The notes under the pieces: generated by a model
The model's input: only the letters and a program-made list of their open reading frames with translations
Told to the model about the DNA's origin: nothing
Database searches by the model: none
Origin: Candidatus Poseidoniaceae archaeon
GTDB lineage: Archaea; Thermoplasmatota; Poseidoniia; Poseidoniales; Poseidoniaceae
Assembly (NCBI GenBank): GCA_016777125.1
Contig: JADHSC010000005.1
Coordinates: 6,345-70,344 of the forward strand
Length of the DNA: 64,000 nucleotides
Direction: 5' to 3'
Translations under genes and position numbers: made by a program
Shown: positions 1 to 9,695 of the stretch, one piece after another
Position numbering within the stretch: position 1 is the first letter of the stretch
Layout: the number at the start of each line of letters is the position of its first letter

Positions 1-267
1 CTTGAAGTTCTCAACTCATACTGGGTTGGAGAAGATGGGAAACACAAGTTCTTCGAAGTTATCATGATCGATACTCACCACCCTGCTATCATCAAGGATA
101 AGCAACTCGGCGTCTTCTGCCAAGCAAATGGTAACATGAGTCATCGTGGCCGTGCTTACCGTGGAAAGACATCCGCTGGAAAGCGTGGACGTGGTCTCTT
201 CAACAAGGGTAAGGGTGCAGAAAAGTTGCGTCCTTCTCTCAAGGCAAACCTCAACCGTGGCAAGTGA
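1..267 (+). CDS. rpl15e: 50S ribosomal protein L15e, C-terminal part (5' end lies outside the window)
   Basis: Frame-1 translation from position 1 gives [24 protein letters not shown]...[19 protein letters not shown]...LNRGK*. This matches the conserved L15e C-terminus (YWVGEDSTYKFFEVILID...RGLTSAGRKSRGLGKG). Confidence 0.8.
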   Translation, partial: LEVLNSYWVGEDGKHKFFEVIMIDTHHPAIIKDKQLGVFCQANGNMSHRGRAYRGKTSAGKRGRGLFNKGKGAEKLRPSLKANLNRGK

Positions 268-324
268 AATCAAGCGTTTGTTTGATGTCCTTGTTCCGCT
301 TCCCCCAACACAGGAGGGCGTCAA

Positions 325-582
325 ATGGGTAAAGGTCAACGTAGTTTAACAGACGTAACAGGGCTGCATGTTTACCTCCCTGACGGCCGTTTTCTTGGTG
401 TCGTTCATGACACGGTTATCGAGCATTCAACGATGACGTGTACGCATATGTTCGTTCGAGACACACCTCCAGAACTTGTCATAGACTCAATACATGTTGC
501 AATACCTTGGCGTTGGGTACGTTCGATCAATGACATCGTTGTGCTTCGATGGTTCCCAGAAACACCAATATCCCGCACTTAA
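325..582 (+). CDS. small hypothetical protein, possibly PRC-barrel-like
   Basis: 85-aa ORF with AGGAGGG 8 nt upstream of the ATG. The LPDGRFLGVVHDTVIE segment resembles PRC-barrel proteins. Assignment is weak. Confidence 0.35.
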   Translation: MGKGQRSLTDVTGLHVYLPDGRFLGVVHDTVIEHSTMTCTHMFVRDTPPELVIDSIHVAIPWRWVRSINDIVVLRWFPETPISRT

Positions 583-588
583 GGAAGA

Positions 589-1743
589 ATGCACATGATG
601 GAATTACATATTCTTGGAACAGCATCAGCGCGGCCAACGTCGACAAGAAATGTAAGTGGTAGTGTCCTTTCTACCGAAGAGGGGCTGGTTGTTATCGATG
701 CAGGCGAAGGTTTTCAAATTCGATATTCTGCACAACGCAGCATGATGAAACGAAGTGATCAAACCGCTTCATTACGCCCGCATAAAATTGCAGCAATTGC
801 ATTGACCCATGGCCATCTTGATCACACATGGGGACTTCTTCCTTTTCTTCAGACCCTTGCACTGGATGGTAGAAAGCGTCCGTTGATGATTTACGGACCA
901 ACTTCCCAAGTGATACTAGAGGCTTTGGAAACAGGCGGATTTGATGCGAACGTTCCTGAAGATACCCCTTCAGCAGACCTCATCAATCAATATCGAGCTT
1001 GGTTTCAACTCGGAGCGAACTCCACTGAATTAGGATATGAGGTTCGCTGGATGCTAGGAGAGCCCCATTCAAACAGATGGGTTGAACTCAATCCTGATGT
1101 TTCTTCACTCAATTGGCATGATGAAATGCCTCAACCAGAACCATTCAAGAGTATTCGTCTCGACGCGCTTGCTACGAAACACAGCGTACCCTCTTGTGCG
1201 TGGCAAATCACAAAAGCAGCGAGTCAAGGGGTTTTTGATCGCAATCGAGCAACTCTCGCAGGCCTTAATGAAGGGGAACGCCGTTTACTCGCAACAGGTA
1301 CGGATATCGAGCAAGAGAACGGAACAATACTCAAAGCATCTTCATTCCGAGGACCTGGACGTAGCGCTCATTCGTTTGTAATATCAGGAGATACTGCTGA
1401 ACAATCGATTCATCCTATCGGTATACCAACCGTTCTTGTTCACGAAGCCACATTTTTGGAAGAATCGCATTCGAAAGCAGAGGAACATCTCCATAGCACG
1501 GCAATGGGTGCTGCAAGAACGGCAAAGGCTTGTGGAGCGGAACACCTTGTTTTGACGCATTTCTCTGCACGGATTCGAGATGCTACTGAATCGCTCAATG
1601 AAGCGATGGAAGAATATGGGGACGTTGGTGGAATTACCTATGCCAATGATGGAGACCGCCTCCAAATCGATATTGATGGTAATGTCACGTTCTATCGACG
1701 AAATGAACAAGGATGGAAGCAGCACAACATAACGCATCATTGA
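589..1743 (+). CDS. rnz: RNase Z-like metallo-beta-lactamase fold hydrolase (with insertion)
   Basis: N-terminus LHILGTASARPTSTRNVSGSVL matches the RNase Z start. HGHLDHTWGLLPFL is the HxHxDH motif. The C-terminal LVHEATF...HST...LVLTHFSARI matches the RNase Z C-terminus. AAGGAAG RBS upstream. Confidence 0.65.
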   Translation: MHMMELHILGTASARPTSTRNVSGSVLSTEEGLVVIDAGEGFQIRYSAQRSMMKRSDQTASLRPHKIAAIALTHGHLDHTWGLLPFLQTLALDGRKRPLMIYGPTSQVILEALETGGFDANVPEDTPSADLINQYRAWFQLGANSTELGYEVRWMLGEPHSNRWVELNPDVSSLNWHDEMPQPEPFKSIRLDALATKHSVPSCAWQITKAASQGVFDRNRATLAGLNEGERRLLATGTDIEQENGTILKASSFRGPGRSAHSFVISGDTAEQSIHPIGIPTVLVHEATFLEESHSKAEEHLHSTAMGAARTAKACGAEHLVLTHFSARIRDATESLNEAMEEYGDVGGITYANDGDRLQIDIDGNVTFYRRNEQGWKQHNITHH

Positions 1744-1768
1744 AGTGTAATGTCATCAAGGCGCAGGT

Positions 1769-4240
1769 ATGCAATCAAAGCGTGCATACGTTCTCATCGG
1801 TCTGCTCATGTGCTCGGTACTGATTCCAGGCATACAAGCTACTGAGGGTAGGGATGCACCACAGTGCCTTTCAGTAACCGAATCAACGCTGTCATCTCAA
1901 GTTGCTGTAGCCAATGGTGCATGCATGCGTTTTGACCTCGGAACCCTCCAACCTGGTGATGTCTATGACTTCTCGATTACCGTCATTGATGACGCACTCG
2001 ACGTTCTTGTTTTCGATGAATCAGGATTGCAGCCTTACCTCTTAGGTCAATCATATCGTTCTACATTCCAACAAGTTCCTTCGACCGAATCTGCAAATGG
2101 TCAATACGAATTTCATTGGAAAGTACCTTCCTCGATCAATGCCAAATCATGGACAGTGATCATCGACAATCTTGCTCATGATGGTGATCAAGGACAAGGT
2201 GACCAAGGTGGTGTTGATGGACGGATTTCCATGACGGTCTCGGAATTAACAGATACTCCATGGACGCCTTATCATGATCTCGTTGGCATCATTCCAGATG
2301 GCCATGTGACTCTTCTGGAGGGAACCTCTTTGCAACTTGAGGAAGGAACAACAATAGCCGTAACTGCTTGGTCCCTCCAAGGATTTGCAGATGTGTACTT
2401 ACAAACTGATTCGATGAATGCAAACTATCTTTCGGGTCAATCAAATGTAGCCCTAACAGGGGCCTCACTTGTTGGTGTTGATGGAACTTCTTCGTTCAGT
2501 TGGGTCGTTCCATCTGCTCTTGCGAATCAACCTCTCAAATTGGTTGTTGATAACACTGAAGATCCTGATGGTCAAGGAGATGGTTCAACGAACCTAAGAG
2601 TAACAATTCGTGTTCAACTCGTTCCTGTCATTCAGGCTCAATTCGTTGCAGAAAACACCACGGTTGCAATGAATACATTGGTTGGATTCGATGCTGCCTC
2701 AACTCCAAATAATCTCGGCCAAATATCACAATATACGTGGGATTTTGATTCCACAATCGATGGTAATGGTGATGGTGACTTCATCAACGACGTCGATGCA
2801 ATTGGCCTTACTTCAGAAGCGCAGTGGACCTCTCCTGGTGAACGAATCGTTACATTAACTGTTCTTGGACAGAGTAGTTTCGATCGTCAAGAACAAACCA
2901 TTACCGTGAATGATATTATCAATCCAGTGCCTCGAATTACCGGAACAACGGCCTCCTCTTCATCTGCTACACCAGTCTCTGGTAGTTGGAGAATCGCTTA
3001 CGCAAACACCCTTGTTTTGACTTGCAATTCAAGTTCGGATGATGATTCAATCTCTTCGTGTTCATGGTCTCTCGATGGTGCTCCTTACAATCAACAGACA
3101 ACGGTTTCCTTCAATTGGAGCACGATTGGAGAACACGTCGTTGGCCTTACTGTCTTTGATGGGAGCGGTAATAGCGCTTCAACACAGGTGGATGTTCGAG
3201 TTGTAGATGGTTCAATACCTGTAATTGATGACTTCTTTGTTTCTCAATTCAAGAACTCACTCGAAGAGGGTCAAATCCAAACGTACTCAATCAACGCAAA
3301 CGATGTTTACGACTCCGCATCAAACCTTCGATATCACTGGGACATCAATCCATCAGAAGATACCGATCAAAACGGAAATCCAACGGATGATCCTGATTAC
3401 ATTGGGCCCAACGTTGATTTGTTATTCGATACAGCGGGGACAAAAACAGTTGTTGTAACGGTCTTTGATGCTTCAAATAATACTGACACTCGAACCTTTA
3501 CAATCGTCGTTGAGGAGTCGGTCGAATCGAGCACAAACTTTGGATTAATCGCCGTAGTTTTGTTCATTTTTGTTGTAACATTGTCAATATCTTTCATTGG
3601 ATACCGTCGCTGGCAGTCCTCAATTGCAGTTGGTTTGTTGACAGGCCGCGGCCTTTCAGACTCTGAAGCGAAGGCACACATGACAATGGTTCGTCAATCT
3701 CAAAAGTTGCCACTCTTTGCTAAAGCCATCCAACTTGCAGGACTTGATGTTGGTGAAGTTGTTACCCAAGATCAACAAGAACAAGCTCGTAAGGAAGCAG
3801 AACTTCAATCGATTTATGGAAATGGAGAAGTCGAAGAAATCCCCCAGGCTCAGTTCGCTCCAAAGAGAGAGATTAGCCAAGCAAGTTCGCAAGCAGCGGC
3901 TGAAGCAGCGGCTCTGTTCTTCGATGACGCCCCCTCCGCCCCTGCACCAGTTATCATCCAAGACCCTGACGATGCTCTCCTTCGAGAGCTAGGGTCGATG
4001 AATGAAAAGCCTTCCCAAACCCCTCAATCCGGTGGTATTCAGTTGCCAGAAAATTTGGCTCCTGCTGTCGAACATCCACTTCCAACTCCTGAAGTTGTGG
4101 AAGTGGAAAAACCATCCAATTTACTCAAAGGCTCTTGCAACAGTTGTTCTTTGAAATTCCAAGTACCTATGCCAGACGGTGTGAATGAAGCAATTGTTGT
4201 GTGTCCATCATGTTCTGAAGAACAACTCTTCCAACGCTAA
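1769..4240 (+). CDS. secreted/membrane-anchored surface protein: signal peptide, PKD-like repeats, single TM, acidic cytoplasmic tail ending in a zinc ribbon
   Basis: Signal peptide MQSKRAYVLIGLLMCSVLIPGIQA. At least three PKD-like repeats (e.g. VVGLTVFDGSGNSAS and TKTVVVTVFDASNNTD). TM helix FGLIAVVLFIFVVTLSISFIGY. C-terminal CNSC-x17-CPSC. Confidence 0.7.
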   Translation: MQSKRAYVLIGLLMCSVLIPGIQATEGRDAPQCLSVTESTLSSQVAVANGACMRFDLGTLQPGDVYDFSITVIDDALDVLVFDESGLQPYLLGQSYRSTFQQVPSTESANGQYEFHWKVPSSINAKSWTVIIDNLAHDGDQGQGDQGGVDGRISMTVSELTDTPWTPYHDLVGIIPDGHVTLLEGTSLQLEEGTTIAVTAWSLQGFADVYLQTDSMNANYLSGQSNVALTGASLVGVDGTSSFSWVVPSALANQPLKLVVDNTEDPDGQGDGSTNLRVTIRVQLVPVIQAQFVAENTTVAMNTLVGFDAASTPNNLGQISQYTWDFDSTIDGNGDGDFINDVDAIGLTSEAQWTSPGERIVTLTVLGQSSFDRQEQTITVNDIINPVPRITGTTASSSSATPVSGSWRIAYANTLVLTCNSSSDDDSISSCSWSLDGAPYNQQTTVSFNWSTIGEHVVGLTVFDGSGNSASTQVDVRVVDGSIPVIDDFFVSQFKNSLEEGQIQTYSINANDVYDSASNLRYHWDINPSEDTDQNGNPTDDPDYIGPNVDLLFDTAGTKTVVVTVFDASNNTDTRTFTIVVEESVESSTNFGLIAVVLFIFVVTLSISFIGYRRWQSSIAVGLLTGRGLSDSEAKAHMTMVRQSQKLPLFAKAIQLAGLDVGEVVTQDQQEQARKEAELQSIYGNGEVEEIPQAQFAPKREISQASSQAAAEAAALFFDDAPSAPAPVIIQDPDDALLRELGSMNEKPSQTPQSGGIQLPENLAPAVEHPLPTPEVVEVEKPSNLLKGSCNSCSLKFQVPMPDGVNEAIVVCPSCSEEQLFQR

Positions 4241-4315
4241 AATCAAGATAAGGAATCAATCGTTGTTTACGCAGTTCGGGGATGGGTTCAGATACCAGTT
4301 CCTTCACCTATATTC

Positions 4316-7300
4316 ATGGTCGAAGAAGCGATTCGTTTGATTCGCCCTGGCCTTAAGCAGCCAAAAAGAGGACGTCTCGCCTTTTTTCTTGTTCTTGTCA
4401 TGCTTATTCCCTTGTTCCAGCCAGTTCAGGCTGATATCACTGTACGGCAAGATGATTTTGACCTCTTAGAGACTCTCTCAGATGTGATGGCATTACAAGA
4501 ATCAAGCGATGATTCTGTTGTTGCAGTTGGTTCGTCAACCTCTGCTTTAGCCTTAGTTGAGGCTGCGAAGCGAGAAAGTCAAGCAGGTGATCCGCTCGAT
4601 GATGCTACGCAATATCTGAATAATGTCGAGTTAAGAGACACGACTCCGCTTGCTGAAGATCACCCGCGTCCGTACGAGATTCTTTTGGATACGAATTCTC
4701 AACCTGATGGTTGGCCAAATAATCTCCTCCAAACCTTATTTTCTCTTGAGGCCATTTCGTTAACAGACCCGCTTGCAGTGGGGATTAACACCTATGCGTT
4801 GTACGTTAATTTCTCAAGCAGAAATTCAGGGCCACAGTTTGAGACTTGGTCCTATGGGACGTTTACAGGTGAATTATTCGTAGGGGCTGATTTGGTTTTA
4901 TTCGAAAATTACATCGATATCGATGGAGATAACGTTGATGACGTTTCAATTTCGCTAACGGTACTTGGTCTGCTTCAACTCAACCAAGGGTTCGGATTTG
5001 AACCCCCATTTGATCCGTTCAACCCGTTTAGTGCAATTCCAGATACGATCTGGCTCCGACCTACATTCCAATGGAAGATTAACCAACTGAACGAGAATGA
5101 TCCCCTTTGGGATGAGATGGCTCACATGGAAATCTCTCTTCTGAAGGGTCTTGCATTTGACTCAGCAGTTCAAGATTCACAATCTTATGCACTTGTTCTT
5201 GACACACGATTGACTCAACCGCCAAGCGATTTCAGAGTCGAAGTTGGAATCCAAGAATTTAGGTTTAGTATCTCGAGCGCTGTCACAAACATTGTTCAAC
5301 TTCTCACGGATTTCATTGGAGGTGGTGCTTTACCAGCAGATGCGTTGACGTTAACATCCGTATCAGCACCATATGCTATCGGAATACGGAATCCTAATTC
5401 AGACGCATCCAATCTCCAAACCGAGTGTGATACGGACTATTATGACGTTATCAACGACCATGATGCAACAAGTGAGCTCCACAAATGTGGATTTGGAGTG
5501 GGAATCGGTTTCATCGAATTCGAGGAACTCGATGTAAACGGCCAAGCAGATATTATTGACATGGGATACATCGATGTTGGATTCCATCCTGAACGAGGTT
5601 CTAACGTATTGCCTGAAGAAGTTGATTTGACGCTAAGAAACGACAACCTTGGAGACAATACGTTCGATACTGTTGAACTGTACAGTGATACGGGGGCTGA
5701 TCTTTGGCTCCATTACTTCGAAGACCGAAGCAACACAATTGAAGGCGGAACCTTTGGAAACGTATCCGATTCTCGATTATGGATACGCGGCATACCTTCT
5801 GGAACACTCCCCCAAGAAGAAATAGATGCCATTTTCACGACAATTGGAGAAGCTCCAGGAAGTGTCAATCTTCCCGGAGATATGCCAGACAGACTTTCAT
5901 TTATTGTTGCGATAAAGAATTTCACTGGAGATTCAACTACAAACCAAAATGATCTCACCCTCCCCATCAATCCGGCAGCGCCACCGACAACACTGATTAT
6001 GATTGCAGGAACTGAACGAATTGATTCATTGACCTATGACTCAACAATGAAGCGCGGTGGCTATGATAACGATGTTAGTTCTATTCGAATATCCGTTTCG
6101 AATCTTCCTGAAGTTCTCGTTTTGAAAGGAAGTTTCCAATTATCCGAGACTGGTGTTTCTCGGGTCAATTTCAACAATCCTAACCTCAATACAATTTCTC
6201 AACTCCTTGACAATGCTCTGTTGACCTTGGTCGAAATTGTACTCGATTTGGGGTCTATACTCAACGGACTTCCTGATGCCATTGTCAGTACTGCTGGAAC
6301 CTCTGGCGGTTCCATCGAAGTCATCTGTTTGACTCAAGTAAAACAAACATGGAACGACGGTTCTGTACGCGGCCCGAGCAGTTTAGGGGAAATTGCACTA
6401 GCCATTGGCAGCAGTGACCATCCTTGGTTCACATCATCCGATCACATTCTCCTGTCCGAAGACACATCCATTGCCACGATCGCAGGAAGAGATGGCCCAG
6501 TCTCTCCTCTGGTCCCAATTGCCATGAGCATCCGTGTTTCAAACATCTCAAGGGTGTTCCAATCCTTTGATGGAATTACAAGCGAGAGGACGCTTGAATT
6601 AATTGGTCAACAGTCAGGCGCCCTCTTGATTGGGCACATCCGTCACAATGGTGATGATCTCGTCAATGTAACGAGCCAATCGGCCCGAATATCGAACCGA
6701 CCAGGCGATTTAACCGTTGTACAAGACCCGAGTAAACTCGTCTATTCTGCAAGTGAGCCGATTGGAACCATCACCTACGGAGGCCAAGAGGGTAAACAAC
6801 GCAATGCCATTCGACTCGAAGGCTTACCATCAGCCTTCCAATTGAATCTGGGTGATTCGGTTGGATTTGCTGCTGATACACCTATCGATTCGATCACGAT
6901 TCAAATGACCAACGCTACAACGCCGTTAACAATGGACGGAGACCATTTCAGATTCTGGGTTAACACAGATACATCAGAGGCTTCACTCAGTGCACGTATT
7001 TCCAACGTCCAGTCTGTTCAACGATTTTCTCCGCTTAATCCAAATGCAACTGGACCGGAAGGAAGCGCACGATATTCCTTGCAAAGACAAACATCAACTC
7101 CGTTCAATATTGTCATGGAAGATGTGAGTAACTATGACGACCCGTTCCTTGGTCTGAACGGAATGATGCGACTTGATCCATTGCCAGCAAATCTAGAAAT
7201 TGTTCTTCCGAGTGATGTTGATTCCAGTGGTATTGAATTACCTGATTTCGGTGAAGGAGAGGGCGTTGAAGCGCTCTCATTCTTCCTCGGCGACGTTGTT

Positions 7301-8986
7301 GATTTAGGCAGTTTAGTCAACGACCTTGTGTATGGCCTCGTGGTTGATATTGGCGACTCTTCAGGAGAACAAGCTGATGTTGCTTATGGATTGGACATGG
7401 TCACAGGTGAGAGTTTCGACCTTACAGCAGACATGCGCAAAGGATCTGTTCCTACTGGGACACCAGAATGGCAACATGGTCTTGACATACAGGCAACAGA
7501 GCGAACAGTACTCGACTTCAACCTCTCTCGTCTTCCAGAATTTACTCAATCAAGCCGAACAATCGTTTCCGATATTCTCAGCGATTACATCATCGATGAG
7601 TCCGAAGCTGAAATTATTCGCCAAGAATTCACTCAGGCAAATCTCAGCATCGCAAATACATTAATTGAGTCCCTCGATGATGGGTTACTTACAGAAAGAG
7701 AACTCAAAGGCATTGATGTAGCCTTGCTTGCAGAAGGCGGCATCACCTTTGAAACACGACGAAGTTGGCATGTTCACACATGGCTTCCTCAATTGCCTTC
7801 AGGACGTATTGAAATCGATTACATCTTCACTCTGGTTGATGAAGTTCCAACTTATGATTTCGAAATGAATCTCGAGGACTGGTTGCCAGCAGAAGAACGA
7901 TTCTATCTCACGATGGATGGAATTCAGAAATCTTCAGTGGAACTTCAGATATTTGGTTTAGATACATCAACGTCCCGAGATGTATCTGCCAAAGCATTAT
8001 TCTCACGTCAAGAGAATCTCACAGTCCCTCGTTTGTCCGTGGACATGAGCTATGATATCGGGCAACGATTGGATTATGTTTACGCGGTTTTCAACGATAA
8101 AGAGAACAAGGTACGTGCTGAAACCTTCCTCGTAGGTGTTCCTCAACAAACTCAGTTTTCAGCGACAATTGGAGACGTTTTGTTACTCGATGTTGATGTT
8201 CCTCAGGAATTCCGCGTAGGGGATACGAGTGTACAATCGATGATGATTCAACAGCATCGCTTTGTCGATGGATTCTGGTGGCCTTCTACAACATTCTTCA
8301 GAGATGTACCTTCTGAAATGCGCCTTGCAGCTGAGCCTGATCAACGACTCGACATTCGGGAAGAGACTTCCTTCCAAGGAATGATGACTCTGGATTATGC
8401 TTCAAATTCGGATAAGATGGATATGTATATCGAAGCATCTGGACGAGCTATTGACGCAAAAGGAGATACTCTGATGATGGCTACAAATTTACCACGAACA
8501 TTCAAGTTGGAAACAACAGATGATTGGGGTGTTCGAATCGTTAGTTCTGGTGATGGAGTCGAAGAACTCTATATGCGACAAACCAACGTTCCAGGAGCAC
8601 CAGGTGTGTTCCTCGATCGTCTTGAAATCATAGGAGAGGACCTCAAAGGCGCGACGATTACAATACATCGCCCACTCGGATATCCAGTCATCATAATCGA
8701 TGATATCACGACAGGTCGTCTTGTTTCAAGTGCAGAAGTTCATATTCAACCAGGTGAATATGTTCCGCTTATGGGCGATTTCGAAGTCGATGGACGAGGT
8801 GTTCTTCTCGATGCTCAGTTTACTGGGTTCATTCCAACCTCAACCTCGATAGGTGTGAATGGTGTCGTTACAGATTTATCAGTCGTCAGTACTCTGACTG
8901 GTGGTTCTGTTGAAACACGACACATATTGGTGGTTGAACCAATTACATCAGGTGTTGCATCTGTATTAGCAATGATCTTTGGGTGA
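4316..8986 (+). CDS. giant (1556 aa) highly acidic secreted protein, no recognisable catalytic domain
   Basis: Long uninterrupted ORF. N-terminal signal peptide (h-region LAFFLVLVMLIPLF, cleavage near VQA-D). Very acidic composition. Lies in the same orientation as the flanking surface-protein genes. Confidence 0.7.
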   Translation: MVEEAIRLIRPGLKQPKRGRLAFFLVLVMLIPLFQPVQADITVRQDDFDLLETLSDVMALQESSDDSVVAVGSSTSALALVEAAKRESQAGDPLDDATQYLNNVELRDTTPLAEDHPRPYEILLDTNSQPDGWPNNLLQTLFSLEAISLTDPLAVGINTYALYVNFSSRNSGPQFETWSYGTFTGELFVGADLVLFENYIDIDGDNVDDVSISLTVLGLLQLNQGFGFEPPFDPFNPFSAIPDTIWLRPTFQWKINQLNENDPLWDEMAHMEISLLKGLAFDSAVQDSQSYALVLDTRLTQPPSDFRVEVGIQEFRFSISSAVTNIVQLLTDFIGGGALPADALTLTSVSAPYAIGIRNPNSDASNLQTECDTDYYDVINDHDATSELHKCGFGVGIGFIEFEELDVNGQADIIDMGYIDVGFHPERGSNVLPEEVDLTLRNDNLGDNTFDTVELYSDTGADLWLHYFEDRSNTIEGGTFGNVSDSRLWIRGIPSGTLPQEEIDAIFTTIGEAPGSVNLPGDMPDRLSFIVAIKNFTGDSTTNQNDLTLPINPAAPPTTLIMIAGTERIDSLTYDSTMKRGGYDNDVSSIRISVSNLPEVLVLKGSFQLSETGVSRVNFNNPNLNTISQLLDNALLTLVEIVLDLGSILNGLPDAIVSTAGTSGGSIEVICLTQVKQTWNDGSVRGPSSLGEIALAIGSSDHPWFTSSDHILLSEDTSIATIAGRDGPVSPLVPIAMSIRVSNISRVFQSFDGITSERTLELIGQQSGALLIGHIRHNGDDLVNVTSQSARISNRPGDLTVVQDPSKLVYSASEPIGTITYGGQEGKQRNAIRLEGLPSAFQLNLGDSVGFAADTPIDSITIQMTNATTPLTMDGDHFRFWVNTDTSEASLSARISNVQSVQRFSPLNPNATGPEGSARYSLQRQTSTPFNIVMEDVSNYDDPFLGLNGMMRLDPLPANLEIVLPSDVDSSGIELPDFGEGEGVEALSFFLGDVVDLGSLVNDLVYGLVVDIGDSSGEQADVAYGLDMVTGESFDLTADMRKGSVPTGTPEWQHGLDIQATERTVLDFNLSRLPEFTQSSRTIVSDILSDYIIDESEAEIIRQEFTQANLSIANTLIESLDDGLLTERELKGIDVALLAEGGITFETRRSWHVHTWLPQLPSGRIEIDYIFTLVDEVPTYDFEMNLEDWLPAEERFYLTMDGIQKSSVELQIFGLDTSTSRDVSAKALFSRQENLTVPRLSVDMSYDIGQRLDYVYAVFNDKENKVRAETFLVGVPQQTQFSATIGDVLLLDVDVPQEFRVGDTSVQSMMIQQHRFVDGFWWPSTTFFRDVPSEMRLAAEPDQRLDIREETSFQGMMTLDYASNSDKMDMYIEASGRAIDAKGDTLMMATNLPRTFKLETTDDWGVRIVSSGDGVEELYMRQTNVPGAPGVFLDRLEIIGEDLKGATITIHRPLGYPVIIIDDITTGRLVSSAEVHIQPGEYVPLMGDFEVDGRGVLLDAQFTGFIPTSTSIGVNGVVTDLSVVSTLTGGSVETRHILVVEPITSGVASVLAMIFG

Positions 8987-8990
8987 TATA

Positions 8991-9635
8991 ATGGAAGATG
9001 AATTAGTTGTACATGAGGACGATATCATCTCCTCAAAACCTCTCGGTTTGTTGGAATCATCTCAACGCCAAGAGGCCTTTGCAATGGGCTTAGATCTCGA
9101 TGATCCTGAACAAGCAGAAGCATACATGCAAGCCCAAGAAGCAGCTCTTTTCATCAAAGAACGTATTCGAAATATCAACCCTGCACGTGTTGCTATTGCT
9201 GGTCTAATCATGCTCCTTCTTGTTGGATTAATTGCAAGTGGATGGTATTGGGTCCTTCCGCGTGATGATGTGGAAGTTGAAACCATCTACATGCAACGAG
9301 GTGGACATCTAATCATGTCCGAATTATACAATGATGGAAGCCGTGCTATTACGGACGTAACAGTTCAGGTTGAATTCCAAGACGAGTTTGGTACTCTCAT
9401 TCAGGAGATGAGGATCGATGTTGATGAAGTCGCAGCCCATTCTTCACTTGCTGGTGATGATTTGGAAATGATTGTTCTTGGCTATACTGTGTGGGATGAA
9501 TACATACTGGAAGTTTCTGTTACTTGGACATCTTTCGATAACAGAGTCCATACGGAATCTTGGGCACATGTGGTCGGCGAATGGGCATCAGAACGTTTCG
9601 TTGATGACTGTGAAACGACAACTAAATTGTTTTGA
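8991..9635 (+). CDS. small single-pass membrane protein coupled to the giant protein
   Basis: ATG at 8991 sits 5 nt after the upstream stop, with a GGGTGAT RBS-like motif. TM helix VAIAGLIMLLLVGLIASGWYWVL. The upstream TTG at 8979 overlaps the giant ORF and is less likely. Confidence 0.5.
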   Translation: MEDELVVHEDDIISSKPLGLLESSQRQEAFAMGLDLDDPEQAEAYMQAQEAALFIKERIRNINPARVAIAGLIMLLLVGLIASGWYWVLPRDDVEVETIYMQRGGHLIMSELYNDGSRAITDVTVQVEFQDEFGTLIQEMRIDVDEVAAHSSLAGDDLEMIVLGYTVWDEYILEVSVTWTSFDNRVHTESWAHVVGEWASERFVDDCETTTKLF

Positions 9636-9695
9636 TATACGTTGAAACACATTACCCATAGCGATAAATGCGTCTTATAACGGAGGAGAAGTGTG

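Noticed and set aside
8960-8986. C-terminal PGF-CTERM or TM anchor on the 1556-aa giant
   Set aside because: The terminal hydrophobic stretch is only about 13 residues (SGVASVLAMIFG). It has no PGF motif and no basic tail.
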